NCBI GenBank assembly: GCA_963614595.1
Contig: CAVECL010000004.1
Span: 2,268 to 66,267 of the forward strand
Reading direction: 5' to 3'
DNA from: Parasutterella excrementihominis
GTDB taxonomy: Bacteria > Bacillota_I > Bacilli_A > RFN20 > CAG-826
Length of the DNA: 64,000 bases
Shown: positions 1 through 9,454 of the stretch, one piece after another
Layout: each line of letters opens with the position of its first letter
How positions within the stretch are numbered: the first letter of the stretch is position 1
Program-made: the position numbers and the translations under genes
Notes under the pieces: generated by a model
Databases searched by the model: none
What the model saw: only the letters and a program-made list of their open reading frames with translations
Told to the model about the DNA's origin: nothing

Positions 1-6
1 TACCAA

Positions 7-972
7 GTGGTGAAATACATCGGGGCCGTTCTTTTGATTTTGAGCCAGCTCGTCACCCTCAATAAAGTTTATTCCGCTTACTTTGGGGATGGGGGCTTCT
101 TGAGCGATGCTTTAACAAACGTCCTAGGAACGATCGGCTCAATGGGCTTGCCTCTTATCATGATGGGCACGTGCGCGGGGATTTTGCGGAACCGGAAACG
201 CATTTTCTGGTATTTGGGCGCTTACGCGGCGGGGGCCGCCTCTTTCATCCTCATCGAAGAAATCGCGGTGACGGGGTATCTTTATTTTGTTTTGAAGATG
301 AGCGGAATCGCGATCGACCTGGATGTCATCGAAATCGTGGAAACCATCATCCTTGGAATTTTGCACCAATTCACGAGCCTCAATGTCTTCGTCGATCTAT
401 TGCTCGTCTCTTCTTTTTGCTTCTTTTTCTTTTACACCCCGAAAAAGCACGTCAAGGTGCTCCGCTGGTTCGTCTTGCTCCCTTTGGCTTATTTGCTCGC
501 CTCCTATGTCTTGACCGTTCTCAATAAGTTCGGCGCGGTGTCTTTGGACATCTATGTTCTCTATCTCTTGCCAAGCAAGAAGATATCCGCCTACGTCATC
601 GTCCTTTCGATGCTTCTTTACCTGAAGCTGTTCAGCACCGATAAGGAAAACCCAAACGTGGATAGCAGATCCTTCGCCGTGTTCATGTCTTTTGTCATCG
701 TCTTCCTTTGCATCATTGACGCGTTCCTTGGCTGTTTTCCTAACGCCTCGAATTTCTGCGTAGGGAGCAGCTACATGCTTTTCACTTGCATTCCGGTGGT
801 CCTGCTTTTCGATTACAAGGCCGAAATCAAGCATCGCTGGATTTCCTGGACGCTGCCTGGGTTCTATCTGCTTGGCTATGGCACTTTGCTGTATTTTTAT
901 ACGGTCGTTGTCTTGGACATCCTGAAAAAAGTGAGCGAGCTTGCCGAGGCTCTCAATGGGGCGGGTTCATAA
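7..972 (+). CDS. polytopic integral membrane protein, function unknown (possibly 5'-truncated by window edge)
   Basis: 321-aa ORF with about 8 hydrophobic segments. The listed start is GTG and the frame stays open back to nt 1, so the true start may lie upstream. Confidence 0.55.
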   Translation: MVKYIGAVLLILSQLVTLNKVYSAYFGDGGFLSDALTNVLGTIGSMGLPLIMMGTCAGILRNRKRIFWYLGAYAAGAASFILIEEIAVTGYLYFVLKMSGIAIDLDVIEIVETIILGILHQFTSLNVFVDLLLVSSFCFFFFYTPKKHVKVLRWFVLLPLAYLLASYVLTVLNKFGAVSLDIYVLYLLPSKKISAYVIVLSMLLYLKLFSTDKENPNVDSRSFAVFMSFVIVFLCIIDAFLGCFPNASNFCVGSSYMLFTCIPVVLLFDYKAEIKHRWISWTLPGFYLLGYGTLLYFYTVVVLDILKKVSELAEALNGAGS

Positions 973-1044
973 GCCGCATCGGCTTCTGTTAGGCTCGAAA
1001 GGAAAAGCTGATCGCCGGTAAAAACATTTTGCCTTTCGTGTCCC

Positions 1045-1065
1045 GCGGCAAAACGCCGCTTTTTA
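1045..1065 (+). terminator. weak intrinsic terminator candidate
   Basis: GCGGC (1045-1049) / GCCGC (1055-1059) 5-bp stem with AAAAC loop, followed by TTTTT. Lies 73 nt after the stop at 972. Confidence 0.35.
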
Positions 1066-1311
1066 TACGCGCCGCCATTCTTTCCCTCTATTTATGCCCG
1101 AGCGCCTTTGAAATGAGTGAAACGTCTCCTCGTTAAGGCGATTCAAATTTGGGATGAGCGACCTCAAAGATAGTCTTGCAGCTTTTTCTCGCCGGATATT
1201 GTCTTTATTCGGCGGAAGGCTGCCATGCTCTTTCCCAAAAGGCCCAAACGTTTTGCTAAGTGATATCATTACGCCCGTCTTCAAATTTTTGCTGACAATG
1301 AGGTGAGAACG

Positions 1312-1953
1312 ATGATTATCAATTTCTTAGGCGATTCCATCACCGAAGGGTCCTGCGCAGGTTCTGTGGAAGGTATTTATTCCGCGGTTTGTTGCTCTTT
1401 GATCGGTGCAAAAGAGGGGAATTATGGTTTAAGCGGCACCCGCATCGCAAGGCAAAGGGTCAATATCAACGGCAATCCCGACGAGGACTTCCTCCTCCGC
1501 GCGAGATGGATGGCGCCCTGCGATTTCCTCTTCGTTTTCGGAGGGACGAACGATTATGGGCATGGGGATGCCCCCTTTGGGAAGAGAGGAGACGCAACCC
1601 CTTGGACCTTCTATGGCGCCCTGAAATGCCTGATCGATTATCTGCTCGAGGTCAAAAATCTTAAGAAGGAGCAAATTTGTTTCGTTCTTCCGGCTTTGCG
1701 TTACGACGAGGAAAACCGCCATGGGGACGGGTCCATCTATTGGATGGATAAGCCTTCCCTGGAGGAATACCGCAAAGCGATCGTTGAGGTCTGTTCCGAT
1801 TACGGAATCGATACCCTGCGCATCTCCTCCCTTCCTATGCCGGAGACCAATGCGCCAAGCGAATATCATGTGGATGGTCTTCATCCAAACGCGAAAGGGC
1901 ATCGCCTTCTAGGCGAGGAACTAGCTGAGTATCTCAAGAAGAAAGGCTTCTAA
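1312..1953 (+). CDS. SGNH/GDSL-family hydrolase (esterase/acylhydrolase)
   Basis: Block I FLGDSITEG, block III GGTNDY and block V DGLHPN motifs. GAGGTGA RBS lies 5 nt before the ATG at 1312; the ORF-track start at 1303 is GTG. Confidence 0.8.
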   Translation: MIINFLGDSITEGSCAGSVEGIYSAVCCSLIGAKEGNYGLSGTRIARQRVNINGNPDEDFLLRARWMAPCDFLFVFGGTNDYGHGDAPFGKRGDATPWTFYGALKCLIDYLLEVKNLKKEQICFVLPALRYDEENRHGDGSIYWMDKPSLEEYRKAIVEVCSDYGIDTLRISSLPMPETNAPSEYHVDGLHPNAKGHRLLGEELAEYLKKKGF

Positions 1954-2351
1954 ATAACGCGTCCTGAAGGTCATCGTGCGTTTGACGTGGGGGCGTTTGT
2001 CAATCATGAGGGCCCTGTATCTTTTTTCAGTTCACGGTAAAGCTGGTATGGCTAGGCGCCTGCTATCCGATAATCGAGTCTGGCTTCTTCCTCTTTTTGC
2101 TAGCGTCATTAGATTTCTTAGCGCTTATGCGGAACAAGATGGACGGGCCTTCCTCTATTGACGCCAATGGGGATCCGCTTGCATTTGTCTTCCGTTGAAT
2201 CATTGCTAAAAGGCATACGATTCCTTCGTAATTTTAAGTTTTGGCCTAACGAAGTTCAGAAAAGATGATTTTATTTCCTTCCAAAAGCCGCCGAACAGAA
2301 GAAAGGAAATAATTCGTGTACATCGATTGTTTTAAAAATATTGGAAAGTTA

Positions 2352-2389
2352 AGAAATCGGTTGACTAAAGCGCTTACATATGCTTAAGT
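2352..2389 (+). promoter_or_regulatory. promoter of the GH81 gene with two operator-like sites
   Basis: -35 TTGACT (2361-2366), 17-nt spacer, -10-like TTAAGT (2384-2389). AGAAATCGGTTGAC (2352-2365) overlaps the -35. The cre-like CTAAAGCGCTTACA (2365-2378) lies in the spacer. Confidence 0.45.
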
Positions 2390-2414
2390 TTGTATCAGCA
2401 TGTGAGGAACTTTC

Positions 2415-5408
2415 ATGAAAGCAAAAACCAATTTTCTCCCTCTTCTTATCCTCAACGTCCTTATTCTTAGCGCTTGCGGAGCGGCTGAAAAGCAAGGCCC
2501 CTCTTCGTCTGCCGATGCCAAAGATTCCGCCTCGGAGCGGCAGGAGGAGTCCCTGCCTTCTGAGTCAAAAAGCATTCAAGAAAGCGAGGATGCCTTTTCC
2601 TCTGAAGCGGCTGGCGGCGACGTTTCTAGCGACGGGGAAGACGGCGAACAAAGCGAATCTGGCGAGAAGGGTAGCGAAAGTTCGGAGGAACCGTCTCCAA
2701 CGCCCATTATTTCCGGCAGCCTCATTTGGCTCGGCGCAGATGATGTCACATGGCCTTTGAACCATTATTTCGATCCCTTTGAAGACGTGAAAGCCGTGGA
2801 TGACAAGGGGGAGGATTTTTCTTCCTTCATCTCAGTCTCCGGGCATGTCGATTACGGCAAAGAAGGCCCTTACACTTTGACCTATAAAGTGGGGGAGAGC
2901 CGGATCAGCAGGACGGTCACCATCAAAAGCGGGGCCTCGCTTAAAACTTATGCCAGCAAGAACATCTCTTTCAGCGAAAGCTTTGCGAAAGGGAGCGTGA
3001 GAAGCGGGGAGGCCGATGTCAGCAAACCCCGTTATTCCCCTTCATATATGAGCTCGCGCTTCGCGGGCAAGCCCGTTCCCACGAATAAGTGGTGGTCTTG
3101 CCTCGCCGTGCAGAACAGGGGAGGGATGAGCGGAACCATCGCCAACTCCCTCTACCCCGGAGCCTATAAGTCCGCCTTCGTCCAAGACGGCTTTGAGTTC
3201 ACCGATAATGGCAAAGGCTTCGTGGAGTATATGAAAGCCGGAGCCGCGGGCAACGAGAACACCGCCGCGGTGCACGCGAACTTCTTCTCTGATTCCATTT
3301 GGAGGACGCCGAATCTCTCTTCCGCCTATCAGACCTCCGTCATCGATTACAGCGATGCCTCCGTGAAGGTCGCTTGCCGCAATGGCGGTGAAGGAAGCGA
3401 AGACGAGATGGTGGCGACGATGAGCCAAGGGGCCCCGTTCGCCTATCTTGAAATCAAAGGCAATCAGCTGCAGGGCACGTTCAGGACCGCTGGGATTACC
3501 CGTGGTTACGCCTATTACGATCTGGATGGCAACGAGATCGCCGCGAATTCTTCTTATAGCGGAAAGGCGATCATCGTAAAACTGGGCGGCGCACATTGCG
3601 GATATACCGCCACGACGTGGGGAGGCATCGGAAGCCCTACCTACAAGGATTCCTACTTCTTGCTGGTCGCGAAAAGCGGAAGTGTTTTCACCCCAGTCCA
3701 TCGCGCCCATCCAGACGCCACTCTAAACGATGGACTAGACCTTGCCTTGGCGGGGAACACGGTGGCTTTTGCAACCCTTGGGGATACCGATACCTCTTTT
3801 AATGACGTCCTTTCCCAAGCCAAATCCCTTGTCCCTCACGCCTACACCAAGGTAAATGCCATCTTCTCTAGCTACCAAGTGAATCACGAGACTGGCAAAG
3901 TCATGACCGCTTTCAATGCCCAAACGGAAAAGATGGAAGGAGATGAAGATCCTGTTTTAGGGCTATTCCCCCATCAATATAAGAATTCCTCTTTGTCCCT
4001 TACTCCCTACTATCACCATGGCTTCCAAGGCAGAATTAAATTCGCCTATGCTTCTAGCTTTGCGACAACCCTCTCCTTCAATGGCATCCTGCCGAATCTT
4101 CCCCTCGCCTCTAACTTAGATAAGAGCAAGATGAAGGAATATCTTTCCTTCCTGGATGAAAACAACGTCCCGGGAAGCAGAAATTATGACAATGACACGA
4201 ACGCCTACATCAATAAGAGCGCCCCTTATTGGAACGCGAAGGCCCTCTATCCGCTTGCCCAAGGCCTTTTCATCGCCGAGCAGCTGGGCGAAAGCGCGCT
4301 TTCCCTTAGCTTCAAAGACAAGCTAAGGACTGTTCTAGCCGACTGGTATAGCTACGACGCGACCATTCCAGCTCGCGACGAAAGCGCAAACCAGGCCGGG
4401 GATCGTTACTTCTATTACAATTCGGAGTATGGCGCCCTCACCTTCAGCGACGACGAGTTCAACACCTCCGGTGAGCTGAGCGATCATCACTTCACCCATG
4501 GCTATCTCGTTTACGCCGGGGCGATGCTTTCTCTTTTCGATTCCGATTTCGCTTCTTCTTACAAAGACATGCTCTCTTTTGAGGTTAGGGATTTCGCTTC
4601 CTACGACAAAGAAGATTCCCTATTCCCTTATCTTCGCTGCTTCGATCCCTACATGGGCCATTGCTGGGCGAATGGCCTCTCTTGCTTCAGCGATGGGAAC
4701 AACGAAGAAAGCGAGGGCGAGGCCTTATCTGCTTGGGCGGGGGCGTATCTCTATGGGCAGCTCAGCGGAGACCAAAAGCTCATCGATGCCTCAATCTACG
4801 GCTATACAAGCGAGCTTGTCAGCGCAAAAACCTATTGGTTTGACTACGACAAGGACGTGTGGCTTCAGGAAGCCCATGATGCGCGCATCGGCTGCATGGC
4901 CATCCAGTGGGGCGGCAAATACGACTACGCAACTTGGTTTGGCGCGAACCCTAGCTTCATCTATGGCATCGAATGGTTGCCGATCGGCCATTACCTTTCC
5001 GGTTACGCTTCTAATGAAAGCGAGCGCAGCCGCCTAAAGGAAATCTACGGCCTTTATGAATCGGCCCAAGCTTCCTCTCCCACCGAGAAAACCTGGCGCG
5101 CTAACTTCGCGAGCGTCAAATCGCTTTTCGACCCGGAGGGGGCTATTTCCGACTTCGACGTCGAAGCCATGAAGAAAGAAGATTATCCTAACGAAATCGC
5201 TCTTGGCTATTATTTTGTGAACGGGAACAAGGGCCTAGGCTACCGTCAGGACGATATGAGCGTCGCTTCGCCTTACCTTAGCTTCGCCTCCTATGCGAAC
5301 GGGGCTTATCTTTATAATCCGACTTCCTCCAGCGTGAAGACGAGCATTAAACTCGGCTCCATCACCAAGGAAGTCACCGTCCCAGCGAAATCCTTCCTTA
5401 AGGCCTAA
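2415..5408 (+). CDS. GH81-family endo-beta-1,3-glucanase, lipoprotein
   Basis: Lipobox LILSAC followed by a Ser/Glu/Asp-rich linker. SDHHFTHGYLVYAGA (nt ~4482-4505) and NNEESEGEALSAW (nt ~4698-4724) resemble the conserved DHHFHYGY and acidic E-x-S-x-E blocks of GH81 as I remember them. Confidence 0.7.
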   Translation: MKAKTNFLPLLILNVLILSACGAAEKQGPSSSADAKDSASERQEESLPSESKSIQESEDAFSSEAAGGDVSSDGEDGEQSESGEKGSESSEEPSPTPIISGSLIWLGADDVTWPLNHYFDPFEDVKAVDDKGEDFSSFISVSGHVDYGKEGPYTLTYKVGESRISRTVTIKSGASLKTYASKNISFSESFAKGSVRSGEADVSKPRYSPSYMSSRFAGKPVPTNKWWSCLAVQNRGGMSGTIANSLYPGAYKSAFVQDGFEFTDNGKGFVEYMKAGAAGNENTAAVHANFFSDSIWRTPNLSSAYQTSVIDYSDASVKVACRNGGEGSEDEMVATMSQGAPFAYLEIKGNQLQGTFRTAGITRGYAYYDLDGNEIAANSSYSGKAIIVKLGGAHCGYTATTWGGIGSPTYKDSYFLLVAKSGSVFTPVHRAHPDATLNDGLDLALAGNTVAFATLGDTDTSFNDVLSQAKSLVPHAYTKVNAIFSSYQVNHETGKVMTAFNAQTEKMEGDEDPVLGLFPHQYKNSSLSLTPYYHHGFQGRIKFAYASSFATTLSFNGILPNLPLASNLDKSKMKEYLSFLDENNVPGSRNYDNDTNAYINKSAPYWNAKALYPLAQGLFIAEQLGESALSLSFKDKLRTVLADWYSYDATIPARDESANQAGDRYFYYNSEYGALTFSDDEFNTSGELSDHHFTHGYLVYAGAMLSLFDSDFASSYKDMLSFEVRDFASYDKEDSLFPYLRCFDPYMGHCWANGLSCFSDGNNEESEGEALSAWAGAYLYGQLSGDQKLIDASIYGYTSELVSAKTYWFDYDKDVWLQEAHDARIGCMAIQWGGKYDYATWFGANPSFIYGIEWLPIGHYLSGYASNESERSRLKEIYGLYESAQASSPTEKTWRANFASVKSLFDPEGAISDFDVEAMKKEDYPNEIALGYYFVNGNKGLGYRQDDMSVASPYLSFASYANGAYLYNPTSSSVKTSIKLGSITKEVTVPAKSFLKA

Positions 5409-5466
5409 GGAAAGCGAAAGCGATTTCCTAAATTAGCCTTTTAAAATAAAAAAATATCGACGCCAA

Positions 5467-5522
5467 GGGAAAGAAAGCGGTTACCAAAACCCCTTGTCAA
5501 CCGCTTTCCTTTCCCCTAGAAT
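5467..5522 (+). promoter_or_regulatory. promoter TTGTCA-17-TAGAAT with an inverted pair of operator-like sites (also a long hairpin)
   Basis: -35 TTGTCA (5494-5499) and -10 TAGAAT (5517-5522). AGAAAGCGGTTACC (5472-5485) and GTCAACCGCTTTCC (5496-5509) are inverted copies. Together they form a ~16-bp stem with one bulge. Confidence 0.45.
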
Positions 5523-5584
5523 ATAAGCATCGATTGAAGCTGCTTACGTAGAGGCCCTTTAAGGGCAGAAAGGAAATTCTGACT

Positions 5585-7417
5585 ATGAAAGCAAAACTTA
5601 AAGTCTTCTCTCTCGTCTCTTTGGCGTCCGTCTCTTCGATGGCCGTCCTTGCCGTCAATTCATTGGCGAATGGCGGCTCGATGAAAATGAAGGCGGGCGA
5701 AAGCAACGAAAGATCATTCACCATCACCGCGGATGCGATTCGCGAGGCATTGGGGGAAGATGGCAGCGCGACCTCCCGCAAAGCTGCGAACTTCTACGTC
5801 AACGGCATGGAATTTGCCATCAACAATGCTTATTACGCGGATGGGAAGATTAATGTTTCTGGGGGAGCGCTTTATAACGTCACTCTTGCTGGGTCGTCGG
5901 TTGGAGAGAACAAAGTCGTTGGCACGGGCTTCAAGAAGGTCGTCATCAATGGCTATGATTCCAAGACAGGCGCGAACAGCTTCTTCAAAAACGATAAATT
6001 GGCCACCATCGAGGAGCATCCTCTTGGCGCCGTGAATGAAAATCAAACCATTAATTTAGACAAAGCAAGCGAGAAGGCGGCGCGTTTTGAATTCAGTTTC
6101 GGTGCGGGAGACGGGACCTATTTCACTTCCGTCACTTACACTTACACCTGCGGCTATGCGACGCCCACCATCGACGAAATCACGGGCGATGCCTCTTCGA
6201 TCGATGTCGGCGGAAAGGCAAATCTAGTTGCAAACACCTCTTATGCTACCGAAGCGGCCACGTTTACTTGGGAGAGCTCCTCGGACGCGATCGCAACCGT
6301 GAGCGGCACCGGCGCGACTGCGGAGGTCACCGGCGTCGCCGGAGGCGATGCGACCATCACTTGCACGCTTACCGATGGAACGTACACAAGCAGCGCAACC
6401 TATGAGGTCAAGGTAAACGCGGCTTCGGCGAAGCAGGAAGCCCTGATCGTTCTTGATACTTGCTCCGTCCAAGGCGCTGGAGTTTTCGTGAGGTTCAATC
6501 CGACCGCCAACGGCATGGCCTTTGGCGATAACATAGTCGCTTATTGCAATGAATTGGAAACTTCCGCGAAGGTCATTGAAGGCACCCAGAAGGTAAACAG
6601 TTCCAACTTCCAGGAACAAAGCGCAACCAGCACCACGTTCTATGTAACCCTTGATAGCGCGGCCGTGAGCGGCAATTTCGCTTTGGCCGTTTCCTTCAAA
6701 GACACGACCAATAACGTCGTTTATGCTGCGAACGTCTATTTCAAAGACGGGCAAATCGCCCCGAGCTTGACTTTGAGCGGCGCGGCTAAGGTCGTGGTTG
6801 GAAACACTGTCGAACTAATTGCCGAGAAAGGATATTTCCTTACTGGCGATGCGACTTACTCCTTTGCTTCTGACAATACGGATGTCGCGACCGTTACTTC
6901 TAGTGACAACGTCGCGACCGTAAAAGGCGTTAAAGCCGGAACGGCGAACATCACCGTGACGATGACTCTTGACGGCAAGACTTACACGTCCACCAAAGCC
7001 ATTGCGGTCACCGCGGAAGCGACGGCTGCGACTGCGCTGACTCCTTCTTCGGGAGAGATTAATGGTGCTCAGTTCTGGCTTCGCGGGATAGACAACACTA
7101 AATTGGGCGTCACGGGAGAGAACTTGACGCAGATCACCACGAAGGCCAGCGTTACCGTCACATATAATGGGGACGGTGACGTTCCTGACGCCTACGCTCC
7201 CCATGTCGGCGAGAACAAGATTACCCCCAATAGCTATACCTATGAGGACATCAATTCGGACACGGTCACCCTTTATGTGCCAATTTCGATTGGGCTTGAG
7301 GCCTCGTGGGACATCACTTGGAATATTCATGTTGACATCACGAATGCCAACGGGGATGAATTCACCATCGACTGCCGTTTCGTGAAGACCACTTTTGCTC
7401 CTGGCGCTTCCGACTAA
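5585..7417 (+). CDS. secreted protein with bacterial Ig-like (Big_2) domains
   Basis: Signal peptide without a lipobox. Two Big_2-like segments (ATVSGTGATAEVTGVAGGDATITCTL and VATVTSSDNVATVKGVKAGTANITVTM). No LPXTG motif. Confidence 0.65.
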   Translation: MKAKLKVFSLVSLASVSSMAVLAVNSLANGGSMKMKAGESNERSFTITADAIREALGEDGSATSRKAANFYVNGMEFAINNAYYADGKINVSGGALYNVTLAGSSVGENKVVGTGFKKVVINGYDSKTGANSFFKNDKLATIEEHPLGAVNENQTINLDKASEKAARFEFSFGAGDGTYFTSVTYTYTCGYATPTIDEITGDASSIDVGGKANLVANTSYATEAATFTWESSSDAIATVSGTGATAEVTGVAGGDATITCTLTDGTYTSSATYEVKVNAASAKQEALIVLDTCSVQGAGVFVRFNPTANGMAFGDNIVAYCNELETSAKVIEGTQKVNSSNFQEQSATSTTFYVTLDSAAVSGNFALAVSFKDTTNNVVYAANVYFKDGQIAPSLTLSGAAKVVVGNTVELIAEKGYFLTGDATYSFASDNTDVATVTSSDNVATVKGVKAGTANITVTMTLDGKTYTSTKAIAVTAEATAATALTPSSGEINGAQFWLRGIDNTKLGVTGENLTQITTKASVTVTYNGDGDVPDAYAPHVGENKITPNSYTYEDINSDTVTLYVPISIGLEASWDITWNIHVDITNANGDEFTIDCRFVKTTFAPGASD

Positions 7418-7426
7418 GTCCATTCT

Positions 7427-7461
7427 AACCCCGGGTTCTCCTTTCCCCGGGGTTTTCTTTT
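7427..7461 (+). terminator. rho-independent terminator
   Basis: Perfect 9-bp stem AACCCCGGG (7427-7435) / CCCGGGGTT (7446-7454) with a 10-nt loop, then TTCTTTT. Begins 10 nt after the stop at 7417. Confidence 0.8.
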
Positions 7462-7478
7462 GCTTAAAATTTCTTTAT

Positions 7479-7961
7479 ATGCGTCAAAGTTTCTTGAACG
7501 AGCGGAAAAAAGGCAAGGCGTTGAAGCAAAGGCGCTTCCTTGCTTTTTTCTACGTTGCGCTTGGAATCCTATTCACGGGCCTAGTTGCCTTGCTGTTTGT
7601 TTTTCAAAACCGCCTCAATTACATATGGATGCTCTGCCTGTTTTGCCCACTTCTTTGTTTTTTGTTGCTTGTCTTCTTCTATTCGCTCTTCTTCCTTTCC
7701 CGCCCTTTGTCTTCTTTGCTGAAGATCTATGCGAGCTTGGAACGCAGAAAGCCCGCGGTCGCTTCTTTGACTTACTTAGGAACTAAAGAAGGCAAAGAGA
7801 CGGAGCGGAACCTTACGTGCCAGGTCCTCCGTTTCGAAAACGGAGAGAGAAGGGAGATGTTCTTTTATGCCTTGGAAGAAGAGGAGATTGCTTTGAAGGC
7901 CGGACAGCGTTACGAGATAAAGGAGATCTCCTCTTTTTTGGTGGAGGCGAATGAGCTATGA
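7479..7961 (+). CDS. small membrane protein, unknown function
   Basis: The ORF-track start at 7395 lies inside the terminator, so the first ATG after it (7479, MRQSFLNERKK) was chosen. Two long hydrophobic segments are followed by a charged C-terminal domain. Confidence 0.5.
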   Translation: MRQSFLNERKKGKALKQRRFLAFFYVALGILFTGLVALLFVFQNRLNYIWMLCLFCPLLCFLLLVFFYSLFFLSRPLSSLLKIYASLERRKPAVASLTYLGTKEGKETERNLTCQVLRFENGERREMFFYALEEEEIALKAGQRYEIKEISSFLVEANEL

Positions 7962-8578
7962 ACCTGAAGCCAAACAAAAGGAAGATCGCCCATTTCTTCT
8001 CCTCCTATTCCTGGATGTGGCTGCTTAGTTCCGCTTTGCTCTGCTTTGGCCTTTGGTATGGGGTATCTTCGGTGAACGCTCCAAGAAAAGAGGAGACTTT
8101 CGCTTATTTTTTTGAAGCTTATGAGCTTAAGGAGAACTCAATTGCAGAAAAGAGCAGGGAGGTGTGTCCTTCTTTGCTTAAAGTCGATGTTTACGAGGCC
8201 TCTCCGGATGAGAGCCTATTGACCACCAAGTTCTCTTCCTTTGGGCTGACTTCCGATTTTTTGCTTCTATTGGAAAGCGACCTGGATGAAATGAAAGACG
8301 TCATCAAAAGCAACCTCAAGAGCCTAGACGAATCCTCGTTCTCTTTCGGGAACGACGTTGAGGCCTATGAGGCATACGGGGAGACCTTTGCCTTCAAGCT
8401 GCATGATGGGGAAAACGAGGAATACAATGCCAGATTCGTTTCGAACTCCCTTTTCGATTTTGGGGATAAGCAGAAGTCGTTTTATGTTTGCGTCCCTCTT
8501 GATTCCGTCCATTACGGGGAGAAAACGGACTATGGTTTTGATCTGGTGTCTGCCTTCTTCAAAGGGGAGCTTCTATGA
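7958..8578 (+). CDS. single-pass membrane-anchored protein, unknown function
   Basis: ATGA start/stop overlap with the upstream gene. One N-terminal TM segment, then an acidic extracytoplasmic domain. Confidence 0.55.
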   Translation: MNLKPNKRKIAHFFSSYSWMWLLSSALLCFGLWYGVSSVNAPRKEETFAYFFEAYELKENSIAEKSREVCPSLLKVDVYEASPDESLLTTKFSSFGLTSDFLLLLESDLDEMKDVIKSNLKSLDESSFSFGNDVEAYEAYGETFAFKLHDGENEEYNARFVSNSLFDFGDKQKSFYVCVPLDSVHYGEKTDYGFDLVSAFFKGELL

Positions 8579-9357
8579 ACGGGGATCTGCCTAGAAACAG
8601 GATGGAGGCTTTGAAACTCGCCCTTAAGGAGAATCCTTGGAGATTCGTCCTGCTTTCCCTTCTTTCCGCCCTCTTCGCTTTGCCTCTTTTCGCCTACGTC
8701 TTTTATTTTTCCTTTGTCTTCTCCTTCCCGGAAGGGAATGTGTACGCGCTTCTTTTCTTTTATCTTGGCTACGTTCCTTGCCTTTGCCTCTTTTTCCTAG
8801 GGCAGGGTGGTTTGTTCTACAGCCTTAAGAAACTTTCTTTCCTTGAAGGGGTGATCTTGCCCGAAGATTTCTTTTCTGGGGTAAAGAAGAACGCGAAGGA
8901 GAGCCTGCTCACCGGGCTTTTCCTCGGGATCAATTACTTCGTCATCAAGCTTTTTTTGGCTTATCTTCCCAGCCTTTCTTTGGGGGCGATATGGAACGTG
9001 GTTTTAAGCGGAGTCGCTTATTCGCTTCTTTTCTTGCTTTCAATCCCATTGCTTTTCGTCATGCCTCAGGCCTCGTTGTATTCTTCTTCTTTCTTCTTGC
9101 TTTATCTCAATGGCTGGAGATTCTTCTTGGGGAAGTTCATCTCCAATTTAGGCATATACCTCCTGCTTCTTTTGCCTTATATCCTTTTTGAGTCGCTGCC
9201 TTATCTCGCCGTTTTCATTCTCGCCGCCTTGCTTCTAAGCCTTTTCTATTTCGCCTTTTCCGTTTTTGTCTTCGTGCTTTATTCCCACGCCATTTTCGAC
9301 AAGACCATCAATGCGAAACAGTTTCCTGAGCTTATTCGAAAAGGCCTAGGAAAATAA
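8575..9357 (+). CDS. polytopic membrane protein (possibly YesL/DUF624-like)
   Basis: ATGA overlap with the upstream gene and about 6 TM segments. The family call rests only on size, topology and sugar-locus context. Confidence 0.45.
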   Translation: MNGDLPRNRMEALKLALKENPWRFVLLSLLSALFALPLFAYVFYFSFVFSFPEGNVYALLFFYLGYVPCLCLFFLGQGGLFYSLKKLSFLEGVILPEDFFSGVKKNAKESLLTGLFLGINYFVIKLFLAYLPSLSLGAIWNVVLSGVAYSLLFLLSIPLLFVMPQASLYSSSFFLLYLNGWRFFLGKFISNLGIYLLLLLPYILFESLPYLAVFILAALLLSLFYFAFSVFVFVLYSHAIFDKTINAKQFPELIRKGLGK

Positions 9358-9402
9358 GCTGAGTTTCCTTGATTTTCTTTTGTTTCCCAAATTTTGTCCC
9401 CG

Positions 9403-9411
9403 TGTTACAAT
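9403..9411 (+). promoter_or_regulatory. extended -10 element TGTTACAAT upstream of the LacI gene
   Basis: TGnTACAAT match about 45 nt upstream of the ATG at 9455. No good -35 element. Confidence 0.4.
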
Positions 9412-9454
9412 CCTTCGGGAAAGGGGTTTCCTAACGAGGAAGCCGCACGCTTAT

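Noticed and set aside
1976-2161. 61-aa ORF in the 460-nt gap before the GH81 gene
   Set aside because: No RBS and no motifs. The GC-richer stretch may be a gene remnant, but I cannot support that.
3042-3710. 222-aa minus-strand ORF inside the GH81 gene
   Set aside because: It is antisense to a gene with a lipobox and GH81-like motifs, and has no RBS or recognisable domain.
5467-5515. Hairpin after the GH81 gene interpreted as a simple rho-independent terminator
   Set aside because: No T-tract follows it, and its two arms are copies of the operator-like motif overlapping a good -35/-10 pair. A regulatory role is favoured, though it may also impede read-through.
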